Positions 29,880 through 40,863 of a DNA stretch of 64,000 bases are shown here, in pieces (the stretch's first letter is position 1; each line of letters begins with the position of its first letter). Location: positions 1,792,001 to 1,856,000 of the forward strand of contig CAXXQS010000001.1 in the NCBI GenBank assembly GCA_963674735.2, read 5' to 3'. The DNA is from Myxococcota bacterium. GTDB taxonomy: Bacteria; Myxococcota_A; SURF-8. The notes below the pieces were generated by a model. The model ran no database searches, was not told the origin of the DNA, and saw only the letters and a program-made list of their open reading frames with translations. The position numbers and the translations under genes are program-made.

Positions 29880-31697
29880 ATGAATCGAAGTGGCCGGATG
29901 TTGGTGCATTCTCACGCGCGTGCAATGCCGTCTCAGGCTGCATTTTTTGTCCAAGTGGAAAGCGCATCGGCGATCCACGACCGTTATCGCCTGGGGCTGA
30001 TCGCCTGCTTAGGCTTTTTTCTACGAATCCCGACCTTGATGCACGACGGTTACTGGTTGATCGATGAACCCTCCTGGCGCATTCTCGGAAACCTGATGAA
30101 CAACGGCCAGATTCTTTACAGGGACATCGTCGTCCAGCTTCCGCCTCTCATGCTGTTCATCTACTCATGGATTGCACGCTTGAGCGATCCGTGGATCAGC
30201 AGCTCGGTGTATCTCTTCGGGGCTGCTTGGGCGATGCTCACCACGCTCGCGCTCGGATCCGCCTTCTTCGTCATTGGAGCACGTAAAGCAGGACTGGCCG
30301 CAGCTTTCCTTTATGCGATTTTTTCAACCTTTTATCGTGGTAGCGAGTTTTTAAGCGTCAATGGCGAACTGATCGCCAACGGTTTCTATGCATTGGCGTT
30401 TTTGTTTTTCGCGCTCTTTTTGAAAAATGAAAAAGAAAACCGTCATCCTGTTCAGCAATTATGGCCATTATTCATCATGGGAAGCTGCGCTGCGCTAGCG
30501 GCTGCGGTTAAAAGTCAGTCCGGAGTCCTCTTTTTAGCGGCGGTGTTGTATTTCTGCCTACGGCCGATTGTTTCACCCCAACTGAGAAAACGCTTCGGAC
30601 AAGCGCTGGCATGGCCGCTGACCGCCTTGTGCTGCGGTTTCCTTTTACCGGTTGCAGCCCTGGCTATCTATTTTTTCCTGCATGACGCTTTCGCCCAAGC
30701 GCTGCATTTCGTTCTCGAAAATCAAATGATCCATGCCGCCGAACACAACCACTATTCCTTCGCTTATTTCTTTTTAAAACTGATCCTTCGCTGTTTTCAG
30801 ATCGGTCTACCCGCATGGCCGCTTTGGTTATTGGCTGCGTTGTCGCTACGGACACTGCTCAAGTCGGGAGACGTGAAGAACCTCTCGCACCAGATGATGT
30901 TTTTCGCCGCCATTACGGTGTTGGCCACGTGGATTCCTACTTCCCTCGGCGCACGATTCCTGCCACATTACTTTGTTCTCTTTTTAACCCCATTATCGGT
31001 GTTGGCCGCTCCCACAGCCGCGCGTTTGCTCATTTCATCCCAATGGGCCTACGGCTGGCGTAGCCGCCTTCGCCAAGTCATCGTCGGCTTTTGCTTCGTT
31101 TCCAGCCTGGTGTGGTTCGGCATCAATCTCTCCGGGTACAGCAAATTCAATGAAAATATCCCGGATACGTTGAAAGCGCATATCCTTCAGACCAGCCGAT
31201 CCGACGACGCGATCTTCATTTGGGGTTATGCCCCACAATGGTATCTCGATGTGCGTCGGAATCCTTTTGCCGGCTTTTACAGTTTGAAACAACTGGTCGG
31301 CGCCAAACATGGCAGCAAAGGCATGTTTCTGGACGCAAACGCTTCGGCGCTCGACCGACTTCGGGCCGATATCAAAGGCGGCCGGGATCGACGCGTACCG
31401 AACGATCCACACTATATTTCCGAAGTGGCGTGGCGGATTTTCGAACGCCGCTGGAAAGAGGCTCCTCCCAGCCTTTTTATCGACACAAGTCCGATCGGAT
31501 TTCGCGGATACGATTTTCCCGCGCGAAGCATCCCACGCATGGCGACGCTGCTTGAAGATTACAGCGCACCGATTGAAATCGACGGCATGCAGGTTTTTCA
31601 CCGAAAAGCCTCGGAAAAGCTGTCCACAACACCCACGATAAGCTTCGAATGGACAAAAAATCGGCTTGAGGAGAAACGGGATAAAGAAATAAACTGA
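29880..31697 (+). CDS. GT-C (ArnT/PMT-like) membrane glycosyltransferase
   Basis: DE motif, LYRDIVVQLPP, many TM helices, PHYF and DAIFIWG motifs; start uncertain. Confidence 0.75.
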   Translation: MNRSGRMLVHSHARAMPSQAAFFVQVESASAIHDRYRLGLIACLGFFLRIPTLMHDGYWLIDEPSWRILGNLMNNGQILYRDIVVQLPPLMLFIYSWIARLSDPWISSSVYLFGAAWAMLTTLALGSAFFVIGARKAGLAAAFLYAIFSTFYRGSEFLSVNGELIANGFYALAFLFFALFLKNEKENRHPVQQLWPLFIMGSCAALAAAVKSQSGVLFLAAVLYFCLRPIVSPQLRKRFGQALAWPLTALCCGFLLPVAALAIYFFLHDAFAQALHFVLENQMIHAAEHNHYSFAYFFLKLILRCFQIGLPAWPLWLLAALSLRTLLKSGDVKNLSHQMMFFAAITVLATWIPTSLGARFLPHYFVLFLTPLSVLAAPTAARLLISSQWAYGWRSRLRQVIVGFCFVSSLVWFGINLSGYSKFNENIPDTLKAHILQTSRSDDAIFIWGYAPQWYLDVRRNPFAGFYSLKQLVGAKHGSKGMFLDANASALDRLRADIKGGRDRRVPNDPHYISEVAWRIFERRWKEAPPSLFIDTSPIGFRGYDFPARSIPRMATLLEDYSAPIEIDGMQVFHRKASEKLSTTPTISFEWTKNRLEEKRDKEIN

Positions 31698-31769
31698 CTA
31701 AAGGCATTGGAGACTCCATGAAGAACTGGCTTAGACGCATTAAATTATGTTACATAAAGTGAAGGTCAG

Positions 31770-32423
31770 ATGAGGGAGAAATCCCCTAACAAAATTGCCG
31801 ATGTAAACGAGGGGACAAACGTGGTTTCGTTCGGCTTTGCTAACGATGTCGCCATCTTGAACGGTATTCGCGAAGGCCATTCGGGAGCTTTTCGAGCTCT
31901 TTACGACCGGTATGTCGATCGTGTTTATCGTTTGGCCTGGCAACACTTTCAAAACGACTCCGACGCCCAGAATGCCTCCCAGGAAGTCTTTCTGTTGATC
32001 TTTCGCAAAATCCATGGATTTCGCGGCGATGCCGAACTGGGCACCTGGATCTATCGGCTCACCTGCAATGCCTGCCTCAACGAACTCAAACGACGGAAGC
32101 GGCGAAATCTCCTTCACGGCCTCTGGCGGCAGAAATTGGAAAATGATACAATTCCTGAAAAAATTCAGGCTTCCGCCTTGGCACGGGAAGAGATTTCACG
32201 CGTCATGGATACCGTGTCGTCAATGGATCAGCGCAAACGCGTGACATTCCACTTGTATTATGTGGAAGAACTGACGGCGGATGAAGTCGCGATCGCTCTT
32301 GAGGAGAAAAAAGCGACGGTACTCAAGCGTCTTCAACGTATCCGCAACCAGTTGATCGAACAGGCCACCCGAGAAGATCAGAACAGTGATCTCACCGATC
32401 AAAAACAGGTAGGTTGGACATGA
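31770..32423 (+). CDS. ECF RNA polymerase sigma factor
   Basis: AFRALYDRY, QEVFL, FRGDAELGTWIYR and region 4 HTH. Confidence 0.92.
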   Translation: MREKSPNKIADVNEGTNVVSFGFANDVAILNGIREGHSGAFRALYDRYVDRVYRLAWQHFQNDSDAQNASQEVFLLIFRKIHGFRGDAELGTWIYRLTCNACLNELKRRKRRNLLHGLWRQKLENDTIPEKIQASALAREEISRVMDTVSSMDQRKRVTFHLYYVEELTADEVAIALEEKKATVLKRLQRIRNQLIEQATREDQNSDLTDQKQVGWT

Positions 32424-33640
32424 CAAGCAATAAAACTCAACCCTGCCGCCCCGAACAAATACTGGATTACATTGCCAAACGGCTTGGTTCGAGTAAAGCC
32501 CGCGAGATGGAACGACACCTGCAGGAGTGTGCCAAGTGTCGGCGAATTTTCGACGAATACCAAACATTGGGAAACGAGCTCGATGACCTGCGAAGCCAGC
32601 GATTGGAGCCGGAAGCCAAATCGGCGATCTGGCGAAACCTACAGCCAGAGATTGAACGATCGCAAAATCGGATCCAAACGCGCTATGCATTGAATATCAT
32701 AAGAAAATCTCCCAGACTAGTTGTCGCGGCCTCGTTAACGGCGTTTATCGTGACCATTGGCTTTCTCTACATGATACAAAGTCATAACAGGCCGCCAAAC
32801 CCAGGAGGACGCATTACCGTTTCTCAGGAAACGAACAAATCTTTCCATTTCCCGGTTGGTGCCGACGTGTCATTTTCTCCCGAATCGACGGCGATCATCC
32901 AAGCGGCAGACGAAACGAGCGGAATCATCATGCTGGAAAGCGGTTCTATCACCGCTAACGTAGACAAATTGAATAAAACAAAGCATTTTCAGGTACAGAC
33001 GGAAGACGCCATCGTAACGGTTAAAGGCACGCAATTCAGCGTGCGCAAGCTTTCGCCCCAGGCGACACGGGTTTCCGTTAGCGAAGGTCGAGTGTGGGTG
33101 GAGCCGAAAGGAAAACACCGTGAGCGCTTGGTTTTAAATGCGGGAGATTCCACACGTATTCTGGGGCAGACAGCGTATTTGGCCGATCTTAGAACGCAGG
33201 GTGAGCAAGCCATGGCCGACGACGACTTCAAGAGCGCCGCCGATTTCTTCAATCGCTACCTGCAATCGGCGGCGTCAAACAGCGGACAAGAAGTGGGTTT
33301 CTTGCTGGCCGACGCCTATGAACGAGCCGGACGCCAAACAGAGGCCGTTCAGGTCTATGAAATACTCATTCAAACACAGCAAGCTTTGCAGGCAGAGAAT
33401 GCTTTTGCCGGAATGGCCGCATTGTATGATCGCCACAGCGAAGGAAGCCGCGCCTGTGCGGTATGGAAACGCTATCTTCACCGTTTTCCTTCTGGAAACT
33501 TCCTTTTCGAAGCACTCTATCGACTGGCGAAAGAAGAGTGTCGTCATCCATCAAGGCCCCACTTTCGCAGATTCATGGAACAATTCGGCGATACCGAGTC
33601 TGGGATCGTTTTACGACGTCAGTGCCCAACCGGGAATTAA
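32420..33640 (+). CDS. Anti-sigma factor with zf-HC2, TM, FecR domain and TPR
   Basis: HLQECAKC zinc finger, TM helix, VTVKGTQFSV..VSEGRVWV FecR motif, YLHRFPSG TPR tail. Confidence 0.85.
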   Translation: MTSNKTQPCRPEQILDYIAKRLGSSKAREMERHLQECAKCRRIFDEYQTLGNELDDLRSQRLEPEAKSAIWRNLQPEIERSQNRIQTRYALNIIRKSPRLVVAASLTAFIVTIGFLYMIQSHNRPPNPGGRITVSQETNKSFHFPVGADVSFSPESTAIIQAADETSGIIMLESGSITANVDKLNKTKHFQVQTEDAIVTVKGTQFSVRKLSPQATRVSVSEGRVWVEPKGKHRERLVLNAGDSTRILGQTAYLADLRTQGEQAMADDDFKSAADFFNRYLQSAASNSGQEVGFLLADAYERAGRQTEAVQVYEILIQTQQALQAENAFAGMAALYDRHSEGSRACAVWKRYLHRFPSGNFLFEALYRLAKEECRHPSRPHFRRFMEQFGDTESGIVLRRQCPTGN

Positions 33641-33646
33641 TGATCG

Positions 33647-34930
33647 ATGTATTCGGATATGCGCTGGATAACCTTTTTCGTTTGTCTGATGATGGTATGG
33701 TTTCTCGTATCCACCACTTCTACCGGCGCTGAAACACTCGAATTTTGTGTCACGATTTCAAGTTCATCTTCTCCAACCCAAAACGAACTGGACGACGACC
33801 AGATAAAAGATGCCATAGCCAGGCGCAACACCGGACGTTATGAAATACGCTGGTGTCAGTCTCCGGAAGCGATATCCAGCCAGCAACAAAACGGTTGCCG
33901 TTTTTTTCTTATCGCGATCGAATCCGATCGTATCGTAATCGAACGAAAGAACGGGAACGGGAAGCCGACTCCCGTCACTTGGCTGACGATCGATGGGCAA
34001 GAGTCCCCTTTCGATATCGCACAAGCTCTGTCACTCAAACTCATGCTCGCGATAGAGCGCGTGGCCGACGCGGAATCGCACCTCGCTCCCGCCTCGGGAA
34101 GAACAACTTCCACCTCACAATCGAGTAACACGGCACAGCAGAAAGAGCGGGTAATTCCAGCAGAGACGACAGCCCCGCAAACACCAGCCTCCCTCCCTCG
34201 ACCGGAGGAAGCTGTATCCATTCCAGACCAGTCTCAACCAAACGAGTCGACCCCAACAAACGAATCCCTGCCCCCCCTCGTCAGCCCCCAAATGGGAGCT
34301 AGCGCACAGCCTATTTATTTTATCGACACCTCATCCACTCCCTATCACCTTCATGTATCGACTTCTTACATGACCGGTTTTACAAAAACAGCCAACGCGA
34401 TAGGCGTCGATTTCGGTTTCGCCTACCAAGTTTATGAACCAATAGCCTTACGCCTGGACCTCGGAATCTATCCCTCTTTCGAGAATACAAAGTGGAAAAC
34501 TTCAAAAACATATTCCACTTCAATGGCTGTTTCCATGCATTTCATGTTGCTTCCAATCAGCCTTGGCATAGGCTACTTGAATTCCTTCGACGATTGGTAT
34601 GTCGGCGTATACGGCAACCTTCAGTTAATGCAAGCCTGGATCTGGAGCAAAACTGATAATCTCGATGGGACGTTATCCGCTTTCAATGTTGGCTTTTCCA
34701 TGACTTTCGAATCCGGATATAATTTCGAAGATTGGCTTTCCTTCGGTTTCTTTCTACGCCCTTCCATTCTCCCCGGCGGTATGCACAAACACGTAGTGGA
34801 ACGATTCGTCGTTTATCCTGAAGAGGTTTCAACCATGGGTGAAGTGCAAACCGTCACCGATGATGTACCCGTATTTTGGTTGCCGGTGGTGCAACTAAAC
34901 CTTGGCGCGACTGTTACGTTTCATTTTTAG
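33647..34930 (+). CDS. Secreted protein with Pro/Ser/Thr linker and C-terminal outer-membrane beta-barrel
   Basis: Signal peptide, low-complexity linker, amphipathic strands ending in TFHF. Confidence 0.6.
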   Translation: MYSDMRWITFFVCLMMVWFLVSTTSTGAETLEFCVTISSSSSPTQNELDDDQIKDAIARRNTGRYEIRWCQSPEAISSQQQNGCRFFLIAIESDRIVIERKNGNGKPTPVTWLTIDGQESPFDIAQALSLKLMLAIERVADAESHLAPASGRTTSTSQSSNTAQQKERVIPAETTAPQTPASLPRPEEAVSIPDQSQPNESTPTNESLPPLVSPQMGASAQPIYFIDTSSTPYHLHVSTSYMTGFTKTANAIGVDFGFAYQVYEPIALRLDLGIYPSFENTKWKTSKTYSTSMAVSMHFMLLPISLGIGYLNSFDDWYVGVYGNLQLMQAWIWSKTDNLDGTLSAFNVGFSMTFESGYNFEDWLSFGFFLRPSILPGGMHKHVVERFVVYPEEVSTMGEVQTVTDDVPVFWLPVVQLNLGATVTFHF

Positions 34931-35139
34931 GCAATCTGCAATGAATGCACATAGTTTAACGATATATGCAGGTCGATTACCATTGCGCCACTGATAGCAC
35001 TTATCGAAGCCCTCCTTCCAAGACATCCAACTAATATTTTTTCTAACATTACGAAAATTTCGGCATTTTTCGGGATTTTTTGCCCATCTTAACGGCAAAT
35101 TGTGCTAGGTTGCCCTCTTTGAATTGACGAGATGAAAGG

Positions 35140-35574
35140 ATGAACATGACTATCGTGAAATCGGGAGATACGGTCCGCGTGCACTACACCGGTACACTGG
35201 CAGACGGCAGCACATTCGATTCGTCGGCCGGCCGCGATCCTCTGGAATTCAAAGTCGGTGAACATCAAGTGATTCCCGGCTTCGAATCCGCCATCGAGGG
35301 CATGACAGTCGGTGACACGAAAACCATCACCATACCGGTGGCCGAAGCCTACGGCGACTACCGTGACGACATGGTCATGAAGGTGGAAAAATCGCAGGTT
35401 CCCCCGGATGTTACGCCGGAAGTCGGGATGCAGCTACAGCTTCAAAGTCCGGAAGGCCAGGTTCTGGTCGTGGTCATTACCGAAGTCGCTGACGATTACA
35501 TCGTGCTCGACGGCAATCATCCCCTCGCGGGCAAGGATTTGACCTTCGCTCTCGAACTGGTTGAAGTGGTTTAA
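35140..35574 (+). CDS. FKBP-type peptidyl-prolyl isomerase (SlyD/FkpB-like)
   Basis: VHYTGTL.DG..FDSS, EAYG and DGNHPLAGKDL motifs. Confidence 0.93.
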   Translation: MNMTIVKSGDTVRVHYTGTLADGSTFDSSAGRDPLEFKVGEHQVIPGFESAIEGMTVGDTKTITIPVAEAYGDYRDDMVMKVEKSQVPPDVTPEVGMQLQLQSPEGQVLVVVITEVADDYIVLDGNHPLAGKDLTFALELVEVV

Positions 35575-35609
35575 GCTGTCCTACCGGCCCTCACTCAAGC
35601 AGACAATAT

Positions 35610-35644
35610 GGTCTGGACAGGCGCTTCGGTCTGTCCAGACCTTT
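35610..35644. terminator. Hairpin terminator between convergent genes
   Basis: GGTCTGGACAG..CTGTCCAGACC inverted repeat followed by TTT. Confidence 0.6.
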
Positions 35645-35704
35645 CGACCATCCAAAGCGGCGAAGCCAGCCCTCCCGGCTCGGTTCTTTACGTGGGGGTT
35701 ATTC

Positions 35705-36280
35705 TCAAAAAGCCATCTGCAATTTGGCCACGAACGTCAGATAGAGCGGATCTTGGTTGAAATCGGTAACGACCAGATGAGCACGCGCTTCGATTCCGAT
35801 CGCCATCAGTGAACTAAAGGGATAAACCAGAGCCCCCATGATATGCCAAGCCGCCTGGGTATCCCAATCGTGCCCTTCGTAGCGGCGAAACAACGGCCCC
35901 ACTCCTGTTCCGATACTCGGAATAACCCAAAGAACATCAATGTCATAGTTGAATCCAAGGGCCATTTCGAGAAACCGGACTCCCGGATCACCTTTCGCCA
36001 GGCCGAACTGGCTGTAATCCAGGTCGAGTTTCAAGCTCAAACTGTCGTAAAAACGCCAGCCCGCCATCGCCCCGACTGTCGCACCATGGCTATTATCTCC
36101 ACCGTCGGTTAAATAGGCGTATCCGGGGCGCACTTCCACCCGCCATTCGCGGGCATCCCAATCGGGACTTTCCTGGGCATGAAGCATGCCACCGATAAAC
36201 AAAACAACCAGACACAGCGTCCCCATCGCCAGTTGGCGGAAACACAGAGATGGGCGGAATCGGTGATCACAATACGTCAT
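35705..36280 (-). CDS. Small outer-membrane beta-barrel protein
   Basis: Signal peptide ending AQE, about 8 amphipathic strands, C-terminal Phe; start uncertain. Confidence 0.65.
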   Translation of the reverse strand: MTYCDHRFRPSLCFRQLAMGTLCLVVLFIGGMLHAQESPDWDAREWRVEVRPGYAYLTDGGDNSHGATVGAMAGWRFYDSLSLKLDLDYSQFGLAKGDPGVRFLEMALGFNYDIDVLWVIPSIGTGVGPLFRRYEGHDWDTQAAWHIMGALVYPFSSLMAIGIEARAHLVVTDFNQDPLYLTFVAKLQMAF

Positions 36281-36426
36281 GTTCGCCAGTGTACAACTAG
36301 AGCCGATACGAGGCAATTCAAAAGTCGCGCAGATCGCGCAAAACGCGTCGCGAGCGCTTGCATTGCCTCCCAATCCTGCTATAGTGGCGTCTCGCAATGA
36401 TGGACCGATCTTGGGATGATGAACAC

Positions 36427-37377
36427 ATGAACTTGAGTGAACGCGTTTTACAAGGCGATCTACGAGCAGCCGCACGCCTAATGCGGCTGGTGGACGACGA
36501 CTTCGAATCGGTCGTGGACGAGATGAAAGCCCTTTATCCACACACCGGTCGAGCCGCCATTCTGGGCGTCACGGGTAACCCCGGGGCGGGTAAATCTTCG
36601 TTGGTTGACCACATCATTACACGCTACCGCGAACGTGGAAACAAAGTAGGCGTGGTGGCCATCGACCCCACCTCCCCTTTTTCCGGTGGTGCGATTATGG
36701 GCGACCGCTGCCGCATGGAGCGTCACTTCACAGACGACGGTGTTTTTATCCGCTCCCTGGCCACGCGCGGCCACCTGGGCGGGCTATCCAAATCTACAGG
36801 CGAAGTGATTCGCGTGATGGAAGCCTGGGGAGCCGATCCGATCATCGTGGAAACCGTCGGTGTGGGTCAGGACGAGGTTGACGTAGCTAAGATGGCCCAC
36901 ACATCACTCGTGGTGATGGTGCCCGGTCTGGGAGACGAAATCCAAGCCATCAAAGCCGGAATAATGGAAATCGCCGATATCTTCGTGGTTAATAAAGCCG
37001 ACCGCGAGGGCGCCGAAAAAGTAATGAGTGAAATCAAAATGATGCTTGAGTTGGTCCATCCCGAAGAAGGCAATCCCTGGATCCCTCGCATTCAAAGAAC
37101 GGTGGCATTCAAAAACCAGGGAATCGACGAAGTCGTCGCGTCTATCGACGAACATCAGACCTGGCTGGCCACCACCCACAACCTGGAGACCAAACGCCGT
37201 CAAAACGCTGAATTGCAGTTTTACGATCTTTTGCTCGATCGTTTCCGACTGAGGGTGGAAGCATTGCTGGAAGCCCCCGAGTTTACCGATTGGGCCGAGC
37301 ACCTCGGCCAACGCACACTCGATCCCTATTCCCTGATCGACCGACTCGAATCCCGGCTGACGCCGCCCAAGTCCTGA
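36427..37377 (+). CDS. meaB: Methylmalonyl-CoA mutase-associated GTPase MeaB/ArgK
   Basis: GNPGAGKSS, DPTSPFSGGA, ETVGVGQDE and NKAD motifs. Confidence 0.93.
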   Translation: MNLSERVLQGDLRAAARLMRLVDDDFESVVDEMKALYPHTGRAAILGVTGNPGAGKSSLVDHIITRYRERGNKVGVVAIDPTSPFSGGAIMGDRCRMERHFTDDGVFIRSLATRGHLGGLSKSTGEVIRVMEAWGADPIIVETVGVGQDEVDVAKMAHTSLVVMVPGLGDEIQAIKAGIMEIADIFVVNKADREGAEKVMSEIKMMLELVHPEEGNPWIPRIQRTVAFKNQGIDEVVASIDEHQTWLATTHNLETKRRQNAELQFYDLLLDRFRLRVEALLEAPEFTDWAEHLGQRTLDPYSLIDRLESRLTPPKS

Positions 37378-37385
37378 ATCTTGCC

Positions 37386-40043
37386 ATGGCCAAATCGTCT
37401 AAAAAAAGCCTGACACCCGCCTCAGCCACGACACCGATGATGCGTCATTTTCTCGAAATTAAGGCGGATCATCCCGACAGTCTGATTTTCTACCGTTGCG
37501 GCGACTTCTACGAAACCTTCTACGACGACGCGGTTACGGCTGCGCGCGAGTTGGACATTACTCTCACATCCCGCGATAAAAACAGCGAGAACCCCGTGCC
37601 GCTGGCGGGCGTTCCTTACCACGCGGTTCAGGGTTACCTGTCGCGCCTGGTCGACAAAGGTTACAAGGTCGCCATCGTCGAACAAGTGGAAGATCCCAAG
37701 CAGGCCAAAGGGATGGTCAAGCGCGAAGTAGTACGAATCGTAACCCCCGGCCTGGTCATGGATGGTGACAATCTGGCCGCCGACGAAAATAATTTTCTGG
37801 TATCGATTTTCGGACACGAAAAGCGCTTCGGTCTCGCTCTACTCGACATCAGCACCGGCGAATTTCGTTGCACCGAGCTGAACGACGAAGCGGAATTATC
37901 CAATGAAATGGTCAAATTGACCCCACGCGAAATCCTCTTCCCGGATGCTTGGCGCGACTCCGAAGAAATCGCTCGCTGGTTGCCCTGGAACGCCCGGCCC
38001 CTGATCGACTACCGCGCCGATGTGGAATTCGATGCCCGGCGCGCCGAGGAATTGTTGTGCCGCCAGTTCCAGACATCCAACCTGAAGGGTTTCGGAGTTG
38101 ACGGTCTACCGCTCGCCTTGCGTGCAGCCGGTGCACTCATGAGTTACGTACAGGAAACACAGCGCCAACGGGCGGAGCACATAACCGCTCTTACCCCGTA
38201 TTCATCCAAGGAATTCATGGTCCTTGACGAGGCCACCAAAGTTAATCTCGAACTTGAGCGCACCATTCTCGATGGACGTAAGCGAGGATCTTTATTAGGT
38301 ATTCTCGACCGATGCCGAACACCCGTGGGGTCACGCACACTCAAACGCTGGCTCAATTACCCGCTGATGGACGTCGCCCGTATCCGCGAACGTCACAACA
38401 TTGTGGAAGAATTCTTTTTACATGGCACCTTGCGCGCCGAGATTCGGGAACTTCTGGCCCGCGTGGGCGATCTCTCCCGCTTGTCGGGACGCATCACGAT
38501 GGGGCATGGCAACGCCCGCGACCTTGTCACCTTGAAAGAAGCTCTGCAAGCCTGCGCCGAACTGAAGGTTTTCCTCGACCAACAACGTCCCGATCTCTTT
38601 GTCGGCTTTTCTCAGGCCGTAGATCCGCTGCCCGATCTGACCGACCGGCTATGCCGAGCCATCGTAGATGAGCCTCCCGCCACCGTGCGTGAAGGACGTA
38701 TGTTCAAAACGGGTTACCATTCCGACCTGGACAGTTTGATTTTAATGTCGGAGCACGGCAAAGACGAGATTCTGCGGATCGAAGCCAAAGAGAAAAAAGC
38801 TCTTGGTGTGCCGTCACTCAAGGTACGTTACAATCGGGTTTTCGGTTATTATATCGAGCTGACGAAGTCGCATGCCGATAAAGCCCCAGCACATTATGTC
38901 CGTAAACAAACACTTACCAATGCCGAGCGCTACATCACTCAGGAATTAAAAGAGTTCGAGGACCAGGTCCTTAACGCCGAAGACCGCCGCCACGAACTTG
39001 AATACACCTTGTTCGAGGAACTGCGCCGGTTTGTCACCGACCAGACCGCGTCCCTGATGCTGACGGCCGAAACCATCGGCATTCTCGACAGCCTTTCCAC
39101 TCTGGCAGAGGTGGCCGCCCTTAACGATTACGTGCGCCCTAGCATCGACGCCTCGGATGCCATTCACATTGAAGACGGCCGCCATCCGGTTGTCGAAGCC
39201 CTCCAAAAAAACGAAAGCTTCATCCCCAACGACACGCATCTTGATTGCAGCGATCGTCAGTTGTTGCTGATTACCGGTCCCAATATGGCCGGTAAGTCAA
39301 CGGTTATCCGCCAGGTAGCCTTGATTGCCCTGATGTCGCAGATCGGGAGTTTCGTGCCGGCCCGGAAGGCCGATCTGAGTGTTGTCGACCGCATTTTCAC
39401 ACGTGTCGGCGCGGCCGATAACCTAGTGCGCGGCCTCTCGACTTTCATGGTCGAAATGACCGAAACCGCCAACATCCTGCACAATGCCACGTCCAATAGC
39501 CTGATTATCCTTGATGAGATCGGGCGCGGCACGTCCACCTACGATGGGCTTTCCATCGCCTGGGCCGTAGCCGAATATTTGCACGATCACCTGCGCGCCA
39601 AAACCATGTTCGCCACCCATTACCATGAATTGACCGAACTGACTCGCGCCAAACCACGTGTACACAACCTCAACATTTCGGTGCGCGAATGGAAAGACCA
39701 GATCATCTTTTTGCGTAAACTGATAGAAGGTCCAGCCAACCGCAGCTACGGCATCCAGGTCGGACGCCTGGCCGGACTACCCGACCCCGTTATTCAACGA
39801 GCCAAACAGGTCCTGCACATCCTAGAATCGGGCAAGCCTGACCGCCTCTTCGATGACCGTCCGTCTAAAAGAAAACCAGCATCGTCCCCCAACCAACTTT
39901 CGTTATTTTCCGTGCGCGAAGTTGAACGCGATCACCCGATCATCGATGAACTCGATCAACTTTCCCCCGAATCGCTGTCGCCGATCGAAGCTTTGACCAT
40001 TCTTTTCGATTGGAAAAAACGCCGCAGTAACGAGAATCCGTGA
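37386..40043 (+). CDS. mutS: DNA mismatch repair protein MutS
   Basis: TPMM, GDFYE, TGPNMAGKST, STFMVEM, DEIGRGT, ATHYHEL. Confidence 0.98.
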   Translation: MAKSSKKSLTPASATTPMMRHFLEIKADHPDSLIFYRCGDFYETFYDDAVTAARELDITLTSRDKNSENPVPLAGVPYHAVQGYLSRLVDKGYKVAIVEQVEDPKQAKGMVKREVVRIVTPGLVMDGDNLAADENNFLVSIFGHEKRFGLALLDISTGEFRCTELNDEAELSNEMVKLTPREILFPDAWRDSEEIARWLPWNARPLIDYRADVEFDARRAEELLCRQFQTSNLKGFGVDGLPLALRAAGALMSYVQETQRQRAEHITALTPYSSKEFMVLDEATKVNLELERTILDGRKRGSLLGILDRCRTPVGSRTLKRWLNYPLMDVARIRERHNIVEEFFLHGTLRAEIRELLARVGDLSRLSGRITMGHGNARDLVTLKEALQACAELKVFLDQQRPDLFVGFSQAVDPLPDLTDRLCRAIVDEPPATVREGRMFKTGYHSDLDSLILMSEHGKDEILRIEAKEKKALGVPSLKVRYNRVFGYYIELTKSHADKAPAHYVRKQTLTNAERYITQELKEFEDQVLNAEDRRHELEYTLFEELRRFVTDQTASLMLTAETIGILDSLSTLAEVAALNDYVRPSIDASDAIHIEDGRHPVVEALQKNESFIPNDTHLDCSDRQLLLITGPNMAGKSTVIRQVALIALMSQIGSFVPARKADLSVVDRIFTRVGAADNLVRGLSTFMVEMTETANILHNATSNSLIILDEIGRGTSTYDGLSIAWAVAEYLHDHLRAKTMFATHYHELTELTRAKPRVHNLNISVREWKDQIIFLRKLIEGPANRSYGIQVGRLAGLPDPVIQRAKQVLHILESGKPDRLFDDRPSKRKPASSPNQLSLFSVREVERDHPIIDELDQLSPESLSPIEALTILFDWKKRRSNENP

Positions 40044-40120
40044 CACACCCAAAATAGGCCTATAAAAATTCGCTTGACTTCAACAGCCAAGAGTGATAGC
40101 AGTGACTCACGGAGGAAGGC

Positions 40121-40858
40121 ATGCCTAGCACCGAGTCGAACAAAAACCTGACCAACGCTCTTGAAGACTACTTGGAGACGATCCAACATTTCGTCGATGA
40201 AAAAGGATTTGCCCGCATTCGGGATATTTGCGATGCAAGAGGTGTCAAATCCGGATCTGCCTCTCCTGCCGTAAAACGCTTATCGGAAATGGGATTGATC
40301 CATCATCAGCAGGGAGAATTCATAACCCTGACGAGCAAGGGCGAAGCGATCGCGCGTCGTACACAAGTGCGTCACGATTTACTGGTAAGGTTCTTTAACG
40401 GTTTCCTTCGCGTCGATGCCAGCCAGGCAGAAAAAGATGCCTGTGCCATTGAGCACCATCTCTCGGATGCAAGCATGGATCAGTTGACCCGACTGTTCGA
40501 ATTTTTACAAAATTGCCCCGAGGGCCAAAATGATTTTCTGAAGAATTTCCACAATTGCCCGATCGTCAGTACGGATAATAAAGCTTGTGACCATCACTGC
40601 AAAACTCATAACCGAAAAAAAGGAGCGGCTATTTCAAAAGGGCGGCTGCTTAGCGATCTTGAGATTGGTGAACAAAGCTCGATTACCCGCGTCAATGCTC
40701 CGAACGAAATCCGTCATAAACTTCTCAATCTCGGGTTCATTCCCGGGGCGAAAGTCGAATTGGACCGGATCGTACAAGAGAAAGGAATTAGACTTCTTTT
40801 GAATAATCACCCCGTCCACTTGACTATGCAGGAAGCTCGGTCCGTAAAAGTACAATAA
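40121..40858 (+). CDS. DtxR/MntR family metal-dependent regulator with C-terminal FeoA domain
   Basis: LEDYLETI, AEKDACAIEHHLS; C-terminal KLLNLGFIPG FeoA/SH3 domain. Confidence 0.92.
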   Translation: MPSTESNKNLTNALEDYLETIQHFVDEKGFARIRDICDARGVKSGSASPAVKRLSEMGLIHHQQGEFITLTSKGEAIARRTQVRHDLLVRFFNGFLRVDASQAEKDACAIEHHLSDASMDQLTRLFEFLQNCPEGQNDFLKNFHNCPIVSTDNKACDHHCKTHNRKKGAAISKGRLLSDLEIGEQSSITRVNAPNEIRHKLLNLGFIPGAKVELDRIVQEKGIRLLLNNHPVHLTMQEARSVKVQ

Positions 40859-40863
40859 TTTTT

